Assembly: GCA_038204995.1 (NCBI GenBank)
Contig: JBBRCH010000018.1
Location: forward strand, 383-64,382
Direction: 5' to 3'
DNA: 64,000 nucleotides
Origin: Bacteroidales bacterium
GTDB taxonomy: Bacteria > Bacteroidota > Bacteroidia > Bacteroidales > UBA4417
A program made the position numbers and the translations under genes. Within the stretch, counting starts at the first letter, position 1; every line of letters begins with the position of its first letter. The notes under the pieces are model-generated. The model worked only from the letters and a program-made list of their open reading frames with translations, was not told where the DNA came from and did not search any database. Positions 28,683-38,900 of this stretch are shown here, piece after piece.

Positions 28683-29468
28683 ATGAAGAGCGAAAGTAAA
28701 TCACTTACTTATTCAGGATTGATGCATGATAAGAACGAAAAATATCATGGTATCTTCAAAATTTATGCTAAGAAAAAAGTTCTGAGGTATGATATATCAG
28801 AAAACGATCCGCTGCTTCTTTTTAATAATTGTCTTATAGATCATTCAGGCAGGCAGTTTGCCTGTATTCATGGGAGCTGCCTGGAAAACAGAAATTGTTT
28901 TAAAAATGATCAGTTACTGGAAAATCTTAAATTTCATGAACTTAATTTTCATCCGGATGACATTATGCTTTGGTGCATGGAAGCTTTCCCTGATATTATT
29001 AAATTTATTGAAACCATCTCGGAAGGTGAACTGAATTATTACAGGTTCTCTTTTAATCAAAGGTATTTCCTCCAGGACGGAAGCATATCGCAATTTCTTC
29101 ACGACGGCACAATATCCTTAACTGACGATCACAGCCATCCGTATCTGAACCTTAAAGTTTTTACCGAAATAGGCGATATCAAAACCGATGAAACCATTAT
29201 CCTTACCATATACAGGTATTTTGTGGATCAGGGCTATCAGAAGGTTTTCACAAAAATATATGGTAAGAACAACAATTCCCTTTTATCACAGCGTGAAATG
29301 GAGATCATCAATCTCTGCCTCCAGGGGCTTAGTAGTAAAATGATTGCCGAAAAACTGAACATAAGTATTCATACAGTGAAAAACCACAAGCGCAATTGCA
29401 TGGAGAAAACCATTACGCATAACATAGTCGAACTGATTAATCTATGCATGCAGAATAGATGGTTATAG
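28683..29468 (+). CDS. LuxR-family transcriptional regulator with N-terminal sensor-like domain
   Basis: 261 aa. The C-terminal HTH reads LSQREMEIINLCLQGLSSKMIAEKLNISIHTVKNHKRNCMEK. The N-terminal ~190 aa are PAS-like or unknown. Confidence 0.85.
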   Translation: MKSESKSLTYSGLMHDKNEKYHGIFKIYAKKKVLRYDISENDPLLLFNNCLIDHSGRQFACIHGSCLENRNCFKNDQLLENLKFHELNFHPDDIMLWCMEAFPDIIKFIETISEGELNYYRFSFNQRYFLQDGSISQFLHDGTISLTDDHSHPYLNLKVFTEIGDIKTDETIILTIYRYFVDQGYQKVFTKIYGKNNNSLLSQREMEIINLCLQGLSSKMIAEKLNISIHTVKNHKRNCMEKTITHNIVELINLCMQNRWL

Positions 29469-29594
29469 GAATACCTTGGGGATAAAAAAGAAAAATAAGA
29501 TAATAATTTGCACTTTTTAACCTGAATCGTTCATTACTTTCAGTTGGTTATTTATTGATACTTGGTGTATGGCATTGAACTTCTGGTCGATAAA

Positions 29595-29957
29595 TTATTC
29601 ATTCAGGCCCTTACTTTTACCTTTCAGGAGCACCTTGCTGATAATCTCCTCCCAATTCTGGTTTTGTGATTTAGTGATATTGTTGACCTTTTTATGGCTG
29701 CTGAAGGTTTCGGAAACATTCATGCGTTGCTCCATAAGTTCAATAGGCTGATCGTCGAATATATCAATCTGTCCGCGGAGTTCTCCAGGTAGATCCGGAA
29801 ATTTGCTGTTGTGCGACACCGTTTGACGGAGAATGAGCCTTCCCGGCAATTCATCCAACGCCTGCGGAGTAACCTGCGGGCTATTGTCACTCCAGGCGTT
29901 ATCAGGATCAATATGCGTTTCGGGAATCATGCAATCGTAGTAGGACACCAAAACCAC
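29595..29957 (-). CDS. Hypothetical protein (weakly supported ORF, GTG start)
   Basis: 120-aa ORF with no recognisable motif. An ATG-initiated 30-codon ORF starting at 30000 runs into it in another frame, so a frameshifted longer gene is possible. Confidence 0.3.
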   Translation of the reverse strand: MVLVSYYDCMIPETHIDPDNAWSDNSPQVTPQALDELPGRLILRQTVSHNSKFPDLPGELRGQIDIFDDQPIELMEQRMNVSETFSSHKKVNNITKSQNQNWEEIISKVLLKGKSKGLNE

Positions 29958-30303
29958 CCTGGATAGCTACACTGATTATATTTTCTTTAATAGGAGTCAT
30001 AGTTTTTTGAAAAAAAAAAGTCCCGAATCATCCGCGACTTTTACATTATTAGTTTTTAAAAGCAATAGGCATCAGTCCGGCTTCTGCAAATAATAAAAGA
30101 AGAAGAAAAAATATGCGTTGTTTGCTTTCATTAGTTATTAAGTTAAAAATATTTAGATATCACAATGTGTTCATTCTGTCATATGTCCATATCTACATGC
30201 AAAACTATAGCTTTTATTTATGCTAAACATCAATTAACATTTTCTAAACGAAGTTTTATATATGCCATTTTCAATTCAGGTTAGCACAGGTTATGAATGA
30301 TAT

Positions 30304-31728
30304 TTAATACCCGTTGCACCCGGATGCGGTTTCTTTTATAAGTTCCCACGCTTTTTCTACATGAAGCTGTGTGGTATGTGTACCGGCAATTGACATCCGT
30401 AAAGTATATTGTCCCTTTAGCTTTGTATGTGTCAGAAAAATCCTGCCTGTTGCATTGAGTTTGCCAAGCAATTCTTCATTTACACGGTTTAGGGTTTCAG
30501 TGCCTATTACACATGAAGGCCTGTAGCGGAAACATACCAGGCTAAGTGGAACAGGAGCCATGATCTCGAATCCGGTCGTTGCTATAACCTGTTGCTCGAG
30601 CCATTTTGCAATCCGTATGTGTTCCCTTATTTTTTCCATGAGCTGCTTAACACCGTAAGAACGGATTACAAACCATAACTTTAAGGCTCTGAACCTTCGG
30701 CCAAGTGGGATTCCCCAGTCGCGGTAATCGTTAACAAGCCCCCTGTTACCGGTTTTCAGGTATTCGGGTAATATTTCGAAGGTACGCAGCAGCACTTCTT
30801 TGTCTTTAATAAAGTAAGCAGAACAATCGAAATTGGTAAACATCCATTTGTGCGGATTAAATACAAAACTGTCTGCTTTTGTAATCCCTTCAATCATCCA
30901 GCGGTATTCGGGCAGCAGCAGAGCCGTGCCGGCGTAAGCCGCATCCACATGCAGCCAGATACCTGAATCTTCACAAATATCAGCTATTTCATTGAGCGGA
31001 TCAACCGAAGTGCATCCCGTGGTACCCAAAGTTGCTACTATACATAAAGGTCTGTAACCAGCAGTAATATCATCAGCAATTGCCTTTCGCAGCAGGATAG
31101 GGTCCAATCGGTATTGTGCATCGGTAGATATTTTCACCAGGTTGTTTAGTCCGATACCGGCAATTTTCACTGCTTTTTCAACCGATGAATGAGTTTCGGT
31201 GGAGCAATAGACTCTTAGTTTTTCATTTCCGCTAAAACCACTGTTGTTTACCGAATAGTTCATCATCTTTTCACGCGCGCACAAAATAGCCGCCAGGGTG
31301 GAGGTGGAGGCCGTATCCTGTATTACACCATGCCAGTCTGATGGCAGTCCTGTCATGGTTTTGAGCCAGTTCATCATCATTTCTTCGAGTTCAGCGGCGG
31401 CAGGGGAGGTGTCCCAAACCATACATTGTGCGCCAAGCGAAGCCGTGAGCATTTCGGCAAGAATACTCGGGTAGCTTCCATTGGCTGGAAAATAGGCAAA
31501 GAAATCGGGGCTTTGCCAATGCGTGATTCCAGGCATGATAATGCTTTCGAAATCGCTCATAATTTCCTCCATTGCTTCGCTCTCCAAAGGAGGTGAAACA
31601 GGTAACTGAGCAATGATATCGCCAGGTTTCGATTTTGACTTTACAGGATAATCTTCGATGTTTTCGTGATAATCAGCCATGCGGTCGGCAAGTCGGTGTG
31701 CCCATTCCCTGAACTCGGCATTATTCAT
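30304..31728 (-). CDS. PLP-dependent aromatic-L-amino-acid (group II) decarboxylase
   Basis: About 474 aa from ATG 31728 (MNNAEFREW...). It has the DDC-family pattern including HWQSPDFFAYFP, the PLP-lysine motif NPHKW and a C-terminal small domain. The ORF is open to 31860, but the extension is low-complexity. Confidence 0.9.
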   Translation of the reverse strand: MNNAEFREWAHRLADRMADYHENIEDYPVKSKSKPGDIIAQLPVSPPLESEAMEEIMSDFESIIMPGITHWQSPDFFAYFPANGSYPSILAEMLTASLGAQCMVWDTSPAAAELEEMMMNWLKTMTGLPSDWHGVIQDTASTSTLAAILCAREKMMNYSVNNSGFSGNEKLRVYCSTETHSSVEKAVKIAGIGLNNLVKISTDAQYRLDPILLRKAIADDITAGYRPLCIVATLGTTGCTSVDPLNEIADICEDSGIWLHVDAAYAGTALLLPEYRWMIEGITKADSFVFNPHKWMFTNFDCSAYFIKDKEVLLRTFEILPEYLKTGNRGLVNDYRDWGIPLGRRFRALKLWFVIRSYGVKQLMEKIREHIRIAKWLEQQVIATTGFEIMAPVPLSLVCFRYRPSCVIGTETLNRVNEELLGKLNATGRIFLTHTKLKGQYTLRMSIAGTHTTQLHVEKAWELIKETASGCNGY

Positions 31729-32234
31729 AGTAAGTTTTTTGGGTAAAAGTAAAAAAAGCGATAATTGAATGGGTTGATTTTTAATTAAAATATAATCAGT
31801 ATACATGACATATTTTTTTTGACTTAGAGTTTTATATAAACGTAATAAGTTTTCGTGCATTTTTTTTGCAACTTAAAACAAAGTAGATGTAATTAGAAAG
31901 TTTTCGTTGTTGATGCGTTCAGTCTGAATGTATCAAAGAATTTTAATGGTTGGATATGCCTGGACTAAAACTATTTACAGCAATAAAACTCAGTGAAATA
32001 TTTTTAGCACTTGATTCATTTCACTCAATCACACGAAAAGTTCATACTTTTGCGTTGATACTCGCAGTAATACTGACGCATAGTGAATGATGCCGGAGTT
32101 TTACTTGTTCGGAGCCGTGACTGACCAGAAATGATTTTAGTACCTCGATTTAGCATGAGACTGCAGAGTTTGTTTCTGCCTGTCCGGGAACTTCATTCAA
32201 TAAGAAAAATAATATCAGAAAAGGAGGACTAGTT

Positions 32235-33482
32235 TTGTTGACAATACGAATACGATTTTTTACAATTCTAGCCATATTATTTTTTGCTTTTGCCAGCAAA
32301 GGACAGGTAAGTATTGGCGATTCAATAAGTGTGGTTGATTTCCCTTTTGTGAATTATGAAGCGGATACCCTGATCAATGCCAGGTATCTTGCCCCATTTT
32401 TTGATAAACTCCTGAAACTTGAAAACGGAGATACCAACCAAATCAGTATTCTTCATATCGGGGATTCACATATACAGTCTGATTTCCTGACCAGCGAAGT
32501 ACGTCGTAATCTCCAGCTCCGCTTTGGCAATGCCGGCAGGGGACTGGTGTTTCCGCTCAAGGTTGCCGGTTCAAGGGAGCCGGAGGATTATCGATCATCA
32601 TCGAAATCTGATTGGGCGGTTGCAAAAATTAACAGCCCGACACGCTATCCTGTTCCTGGAATTTCAGGAATATCCATGCGTTCTGTCGAAAATAGCGCTT
32701 ATTTCGATATTATTACCTATAATCACGACGATCTGGATTATTCCTTTAACCAGATTACATTGATTCATGCCAAAGATTCTCTTCAATTCGACTGCCGCAT
32801 TACCGATTCCCCTGAAAAAAAAGGCTATCTTATGTCAGCGCAACCTGATAAAGGAGATGATTGTATCACTATTGTCCCTTTTGGACAGCCGTCAAATTAT
32901 CTGCGGATCAAAGCTGAACAAACTGAATCAGGACAGAGTTCGATCACGATAAATGGTGTAATACTTCAGAATAATAAACCAGGAATTATATATAACAGTG
33001 TGGGCATAAATGATGCTCATTTCAATGATTATAATAATTCTCCGCTGTTTTTCAGTCAGTTGAAGATCTTAAAGCCTGACCTGGTTATCATTTCGCTCGG
33101 CACTAATGAAGGATCCAACATAAAAGTGAATGAAAATGAAATAGTCGCATCAGTTGGCACTTTGCTGAAAGGAATCAAAGCCGCATATCCTGGAGTTTGC
33201 CTGCTAATAGCAACTCCGGCAGATAACTATTTCCGGAAAAAGTATGTAAACCCTTACCTGGAGACTGTAGAAAGAGCCTTAATGAAAACTGCTGATCATG
33301 AAAATGTAGCTTGCTGGGATATGTATTCTGTCACAGGGGGCTTTGGATCCTGCTCCGAATGGAACAATGCAGATATGCTTCTTCCTGATGGCATCCATTA
33401 TAGCAAGAAGGGATATATTTTACAGGGTTCTCTGCTGTATAAAGCTTTGGTTGACGGCTATATGAAGTATATTGCGGAGTAA
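32235..33482 (+). CDS. Secreted SGNH/GDSL-like hydrolase
   Basis: 415 aa with a signal peptide. It has block I ILHIGDSHIQSD, block III VIISLGTNEG and block V DGIHYSKKGY. The start is TTG, preceded by AGGAGG at 32222-32227. Confidence 0.75.
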   Translation: MLTIRIRFFTILAILFFAFASKGQVSIGDSISVVDFPFVNYEADTLINARYLAPFFDKLLKLENGDTNQISILHIGDSHIQSDFLTSEVRRNLQLRFGNAGRGLVFPLKVAGSREPEDYRSSSKSDWAVAKINSPTRYPVPGISGISMRSVENSAYFDIITYNHDDLDYSFNQITLIHAKDSLQFDCRITDSPEKKGYLMSAQPDKGDDCITIVPFGQPSNYLRIKAEQTESGQSSITINGVILQNNKPGIIYNSVGINDAHFNDYNNSPLFFSQLKILKPDLVIISLGTNEGSNIKVNENEIVASVGTLLKGIKAAYPGVCLLIATPADNYFRKKYVNPYLETVERALMKTADHENVACWDMYSVTGGFGSCSEWNNADMLLPDGIHYSKKGYILQGSLLYKALVDGYMKYIAE

Positions 33483-33822
33483 TTTCAACGAGTTTTCAGG
33501 AGTTTTTAATATCGCAGGCAGCCATTCATCCGGATCAGTGGTAATCTCTTTACCAGATTGTATTCAGTTTTAACCCAAATTCAGCAATAGGATACAACTT
33601 TGATCTATTTGCATTAGTTGGGTTAACCCCGATTTAGCAAATCTTTGTATTTCAATGATTTTCAGTTGAAATACATTAGATTTGTTTAATCGAATACGCT
33701 ACTGCGTAATTTGGGTTTAATTCCAATTGCTTTAACCTGTAGAATATTTTACCAGGCAGTGAACATTCCGGCTGAATAATTCTTATTAGTGGTATTAAAT
33801 CTTTTATCTTTTAATCCCATCC

Positions 33823-34863
33823 ATGAAAAATCTGATTTTCTTGCTTTTTCTTTTTCTTGCATTTTCAGTTTCAGCTCAGGAAAAACACCTTAAAAATATC
33901 CATCAGCTTACTTATGGAGGTGATAATGCCGAAGCTTATTTCAGTTTCGACGGGAAAAATCTCTCCTTCCAGTGCAACAACCCTGCATGGGGACTTAAAT
34001 GCGATCAGATTTTCAACCTCAACATAGCCAAAGCAGCTGCTGACAGCACATATCGCCCACCCATGATCAGTACTGGAATGGGGCGAACAACATGTTCGTA
34101 TTTTTTGCCTGGCGATAAGCGGATTTTATACGCATCTACACACAAAGGCGGAAAAGAATGCCCCCCGAATCCTGAACCGCGGGCCGATCATAAATACCTT
34201 TGGCCCATATATCCCGATTTTGATATTTTTATTGCCGATCTGGACGGAAACATCGTAAAGCAACTTACCGATGTCCCCGGTTATGATGCTGAAGCTACAA
34301 TATCGCCTGATGGCAAGAAAATAGTTTTCACGTCCACCCGAAATGGCGATCTCGATTTATACACATGTGATATTGACGGTAGCAATGTAAAACAGGTTAC
34401 AACCCAATTGGGGTACGATGGCGGCGCATTTTTCTCGCCCGATAACAAAAAACTGGTGTTTCGCGCTTCGAGGCCAAAGACCCCGGAAGATATAAAGGAA
34501 TACAAAGATCTGATGGCTCAAGGTCTTGTTATGCCAACCAGTATGGAAATATATGTTTGCAATGTGGATGGAACTGATCTGAAACAGGTAACTCATCTTG
34601 GCAAAGCCAATTGGGCGCCATTTTTCACTCCATCAGGTAAGAAAATTATTTTTTCGAGCAATCATCAATCAACCAAAGGATATGATTTCCATCTTTTTAT
34701 GATCAATCTTGATGGTTCAGGTCTTGAGCAAATAACCTCTGAAAGTTATTTCAATGCTTTCCCTATGTTCTCACCCGATGGCAAAAAACTGGTGTGGTCG
34801 TCGAACCGGAACAACCATGGAACACACGATACTAATTTGTTTGTAGCGGACTGGGTAGAGTAA
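33823..34863 (+). CDS. TolB-like PD40/WD40-like beta-propeller repeat protein, secreted
   Basis: 346 aa with a signal peptide. It has repeated PD40-type motifs (ISPDGKKIVFTS, FSPDNKKLVF, FTPSGKKIIFSS, FSPDGKKLVWSS). Confidence 0.85.
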   Translation: MKNLIFLLFLFLAFSVSAQEKHLKNIHQLTYGGDNAEAYFSFDGKNLSFQCNNPAWGLKCDQIFNLNIAKAAADSTYRPPMISTGMGRTTCSYFLPGDKRILYASTHKGGKECPPNPEPRADHKYLWPIYPDFDIFIADLDGNIVKQLTDVPGYDAEATISPDGKKIVFTSTRNGDLDLYTCDIDGSNVKQVTTQLGYDGGAFFSPDNKKLVFRASRPKTPEDIKEYKDLMAQGLVMPTSMEIYVCNVDGTDLKQVTHLGKANWAPFFTPSGKKIIFSSNHQSTKGYDFHLFMINLDGSGLEQITSESYFNAFPMFSPDGKKLVWSSNRNNHGTHDTNLFVADWVE

Positions 34864-35925
34864 CGATTACACTGTTTTTTAAAATTTTTTTGGCATAGAC
34901 ATAATTCATTTAAAGTTTAATCCAGAAATAAATAATCATATATGTACATAATTGAATAAGTATATGTATATTTGTATCTGAAAACAAAAATAACTGTATT
35001 GTTGCCACATTCTGATAATCTTAATTTTGAGCCAGATTTAAAAATTAATTGCTGACATGATGCCGGAGATTTTTCTGAAGTATTCTTCGAAAACACTTCT
35101 GCCCATCTGATTTATATTGCAAAACCATTTATTTATTGATCCTTTGGTTATTGATGCCTGGATAAATAATTATGGCATCATCCGGATGGTTAACCTATAT
35201 AAAGTAAAAGAAGCGATTACCTGAAATGTATAAAATATATGCATTAAATGTTTTGAAAAAATACATTAAGAAAATTTGGTTTTCAGGAAATGATGATCTA
35301 CCTTTGGGTAAAATATCAGAGTAAAACGTTTTAAAGCTAAGGTGATCATATTGTTGATTTTTGTTGAGAATGACAAATGAATTTTATGCTCATAAATTCA
35401 TCTATACTGCGGATGGCTTTGTGAATGATTTGTTGATTTCTAACTTGGCTGCTATTTTTTCTTGGTAATTAAATTTTTACATTAAAGTGCGAATTCATCC
35501 ATTTACTGTTTGACTCATTTATGATATGAATAATCAGATTAAACTTACGATTCATTCATAATTTTCTTGTTCGCATCCATTTCAGAATACTATTGTTTGT
35601 GTTTTTTCAAACTCGAATAACTCCACCCCTTGTATCTTAATACTTTCGTTAGCTCAAATTCAGCCTTTAATTTCTTTTTAGAGTTGATTTTTGTCAATGT
35701 AAACATCTACTTGATTTAGTAACCGGATCATCATTGTTGTTAGATTATATAGCTGTTTTTTTCAAACTCGTCATCCTTTTTGCCCTAGTATTTCTATTAT
35801 TTATTACGGTATGTTGCGAATTCCTCGTTTGCATTTCTTTCTTTCTCTCTTTCTCTCCGAAAATCAAAGAAACCCATTCTCCGTTGTGAAAAATTACCTA
35901 ATTAATAATCTAATACATAAGAACC

Positions 35926-38900
35926 ATGAAAAGATTTTTACTCTTTCTCCAGACTATGCTGTTTGCTTTTTTCTTTTTAAACAGTGTTAAAGCCCAGTAT
36001 TGTACCCCTGTTTTTAATTCCGGATGTTCGGGCGGTGGCGGAATAACATCATTCCAGTTTGGGTCGATTAATCAGACACCGATAGTGTGCAATGGTTCGC
36101 CAGTTACGTATTATCACGATTTCACCAGTCAGAGCACTGTTCTGGCGCAGGAAGGAATATTTGACATTTCGGTTCAGACAATTAATGCTGGAATGTACAT
36201 ATCCATTTGGATCGATTATAATAAAGATGAAGTCTTTGACGGGAGTGAACTTGCCTTGCAGTTCTTATGTAATTGGGCCGGTACTACCTCCACTTCAGTC
36301 ACAATTCCGGGATCTGCTGATCTTGGCGAAACACGCCTCAGGATCATAGCATCCGCCAACGGTTATCCATCAGATCCGTGTTTTGATCCCGGTTCTGGAA
36401 ATTGTTCTGATTTTACTGTTAACATTGTTGACCCGGTCACTTCTCCCACAGTAACCACGCTGGCTGCAACGGCAGTTACAGCAGTAAGTGCATCATTAAA
36501 TGCCACAGTTAACGCAAATAATAATTTTACCCATGCCGTATTTAATTATGGAACCGATATAGGTTACGGTAATAACCTTACCGGAAACCCCTGGATTCTG
36601 ACCGGAAACGCCAATACCAATGTAAATGCAACCATTTCAAATTTAACTCCTAACTCCACGTATCATTATGAAGCAGTAGGGTATGGCGCCGGAGGATATA
36701 TATCCGGGGGCGACATGAGCTTTACAACCATTGCTCTTGCACCAACAGTATGGGGTGTCGGTGTCACAGAAATCTCGGGTAACTCAGCAACATTGAAAGG
36801 GTTCGTAAATGCAAATAATTCCGTGTCTTCCGTATCCTTTGAATATGGATTAACCGATTCTTACGGATCAACTATAGATGCAATCCCATCCACTGTTTCC
36901 GATTATAGTGATCACTATGTAACGGCTCCCATAACAGGGCTGGATCTGAATACTACCTATCATTACCGGATTATAAGCACAAATTCGGCAGGTACTTCAA
37001 TCGGGGATGATCTGACATTTACAACATTGGCTACACTTTATTGTATTCCGGGATACTCAACGGGTTGCGTTGAATATGATATGGGATTAACATATTTTGA
37101 ATTGAATACGATTTCCCAATCTATTGCGTGTGAGGGAACGCCAAGTTATTACCATGATTTTACCTCAGCCTCTACCGATTTGGCTATGAACGGCGTTTAT
37201 TCTGTTACAGTTCAGGCAGGAGGGAGCTACAGTGTAAATTTTAGTGTTTGGGTTGATTTTAACCAAAACAATGTTTTTGATGGTGCAAGTGAATTGGTAG
37301 GACAAGGTTATTGCGATGGGGGCTCTTCTTCAACGTTCCAGGTAACTCTCCCCGGATCTGTTCTCCCCGGATCAACAAGGCTCAGAATCCTTTCCTCCTA
37401 TAACTATTATTCGATTTCAGATCCATGTGGTTACTATTATTATGGAAATTGTTCCGATTTTACTGTGAACATCATTGATGCATTAACCCCACCAACTGTA
37501 ACAACACTGGCTGCCACAGGAGTAACGGCAGCAGAAGCCGTTCTGAATGGTAATATAAATGCAAATGATAATACGACGCAAGTTGTTTTTAATTATGGAC
37601 CGGACACGGGTTATGGGTCTTCCATCCCGGGTGTTCCGGGAACAGTTACCGGGAATAGCAATACGGATGTAAGTGCTGCAATAGGAGCTTTGATGCCTAA
37701 TTCAACGTATCATTTTAATGTTGCCGGATTTGGCCCTGGTGGTTATACCGCCGGTGATGATATGACATTTACAACCGATTTGATTCCTCCCACAGTTACA
37801 TCATTCGATGTTTCCGGTTTGGGTGGCACTTCTGCCATATTGAATGGAGAAGTAAATGCAAATAATTCCACATCCGGCGTTTCCTTTGAATATGGATTGG
37901 ATGACACCTACGGTACAACGGTGGATGGCAGTCCGTCTGAAGTTTCAGGGCTTTATAACCAATCTGAAACTGCATATATTACCGGGCTTGATTTAAACAC
38001 GACCTATCATTACCGGATCGTGGCTACAAATGCTGCGGGTACTGCCTATGGAGAGGATAAGGTTTTTACTACTACATCTTCGCCATATTGTGTTCCGGAA
38101 TACTCTTACGGATGCGAATCTAATGGCATTGGGGTGACTTATTTTGAGCTCTATACGATTTCAGAATCCATTCCGTGTAGCGGAACCCCGAGCTATTACC
38201 AGGACTATACCTCCAGCGCGGTATTTACTGATCTCTGGCAGAATGGCTATCATACTGTGTATCTTCAGGGAGGATACTGGGGCACTTATGTCACAGTATG
38301 GATCGATTATAACCAGAATAATTATTTTGATGCGGATGAAACAATCGGACATGCATATTGCTCTAATCCTGGAGAAACCTATTCATTTAACTTTACAGTT
38401 CCGGAAACATCCTTAACAGGGAACACCCGTCTCAGGATTATGTCAGGCTATTATCAAACGCCCTCTGATCCCTGCTCGCTTTTCGAATCTTATGGGAACT
38501 GTATTGATTTTAATGTGACTATACAACCGCCTGCCGGTCCTCCAACCGTTACCACAATGGCAGCTACCTCAGTTACTCCAACCGAAGCAGTCCTGAATGC
38601 AAGTATCAATGCAAACGGATGGGACACACATCCGCAGTTTCAGTATGGATTGGATGCTTCCTATGGGACGACCATTGATGGGAATCCGGTTCCTGTAGCC
38701 GGAACTGATCCTACTGATGTGACCGGCCTGGTCTCAGGTTTGATGCCAAATACCACTTATCATTATAATGCAGTTTCATGGGGACTAGGGGGTTATGTTT
38801 CCGGGGATGATTTGACCTTCACAACTACTGGTATTCCACCTACAGTTGTAACTAATGCAGCAACCTATTTATCAGGTACCGGGGCAACATTGAATGGAAT

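Noticed and set aside
34864-35925. Invertible (phase-variable) promoter upstream of the giant adhesin gene
   Set aside because: I saw only short (7-9 bp) inverted repeats, and no site-specific recombinase gene is nearby.
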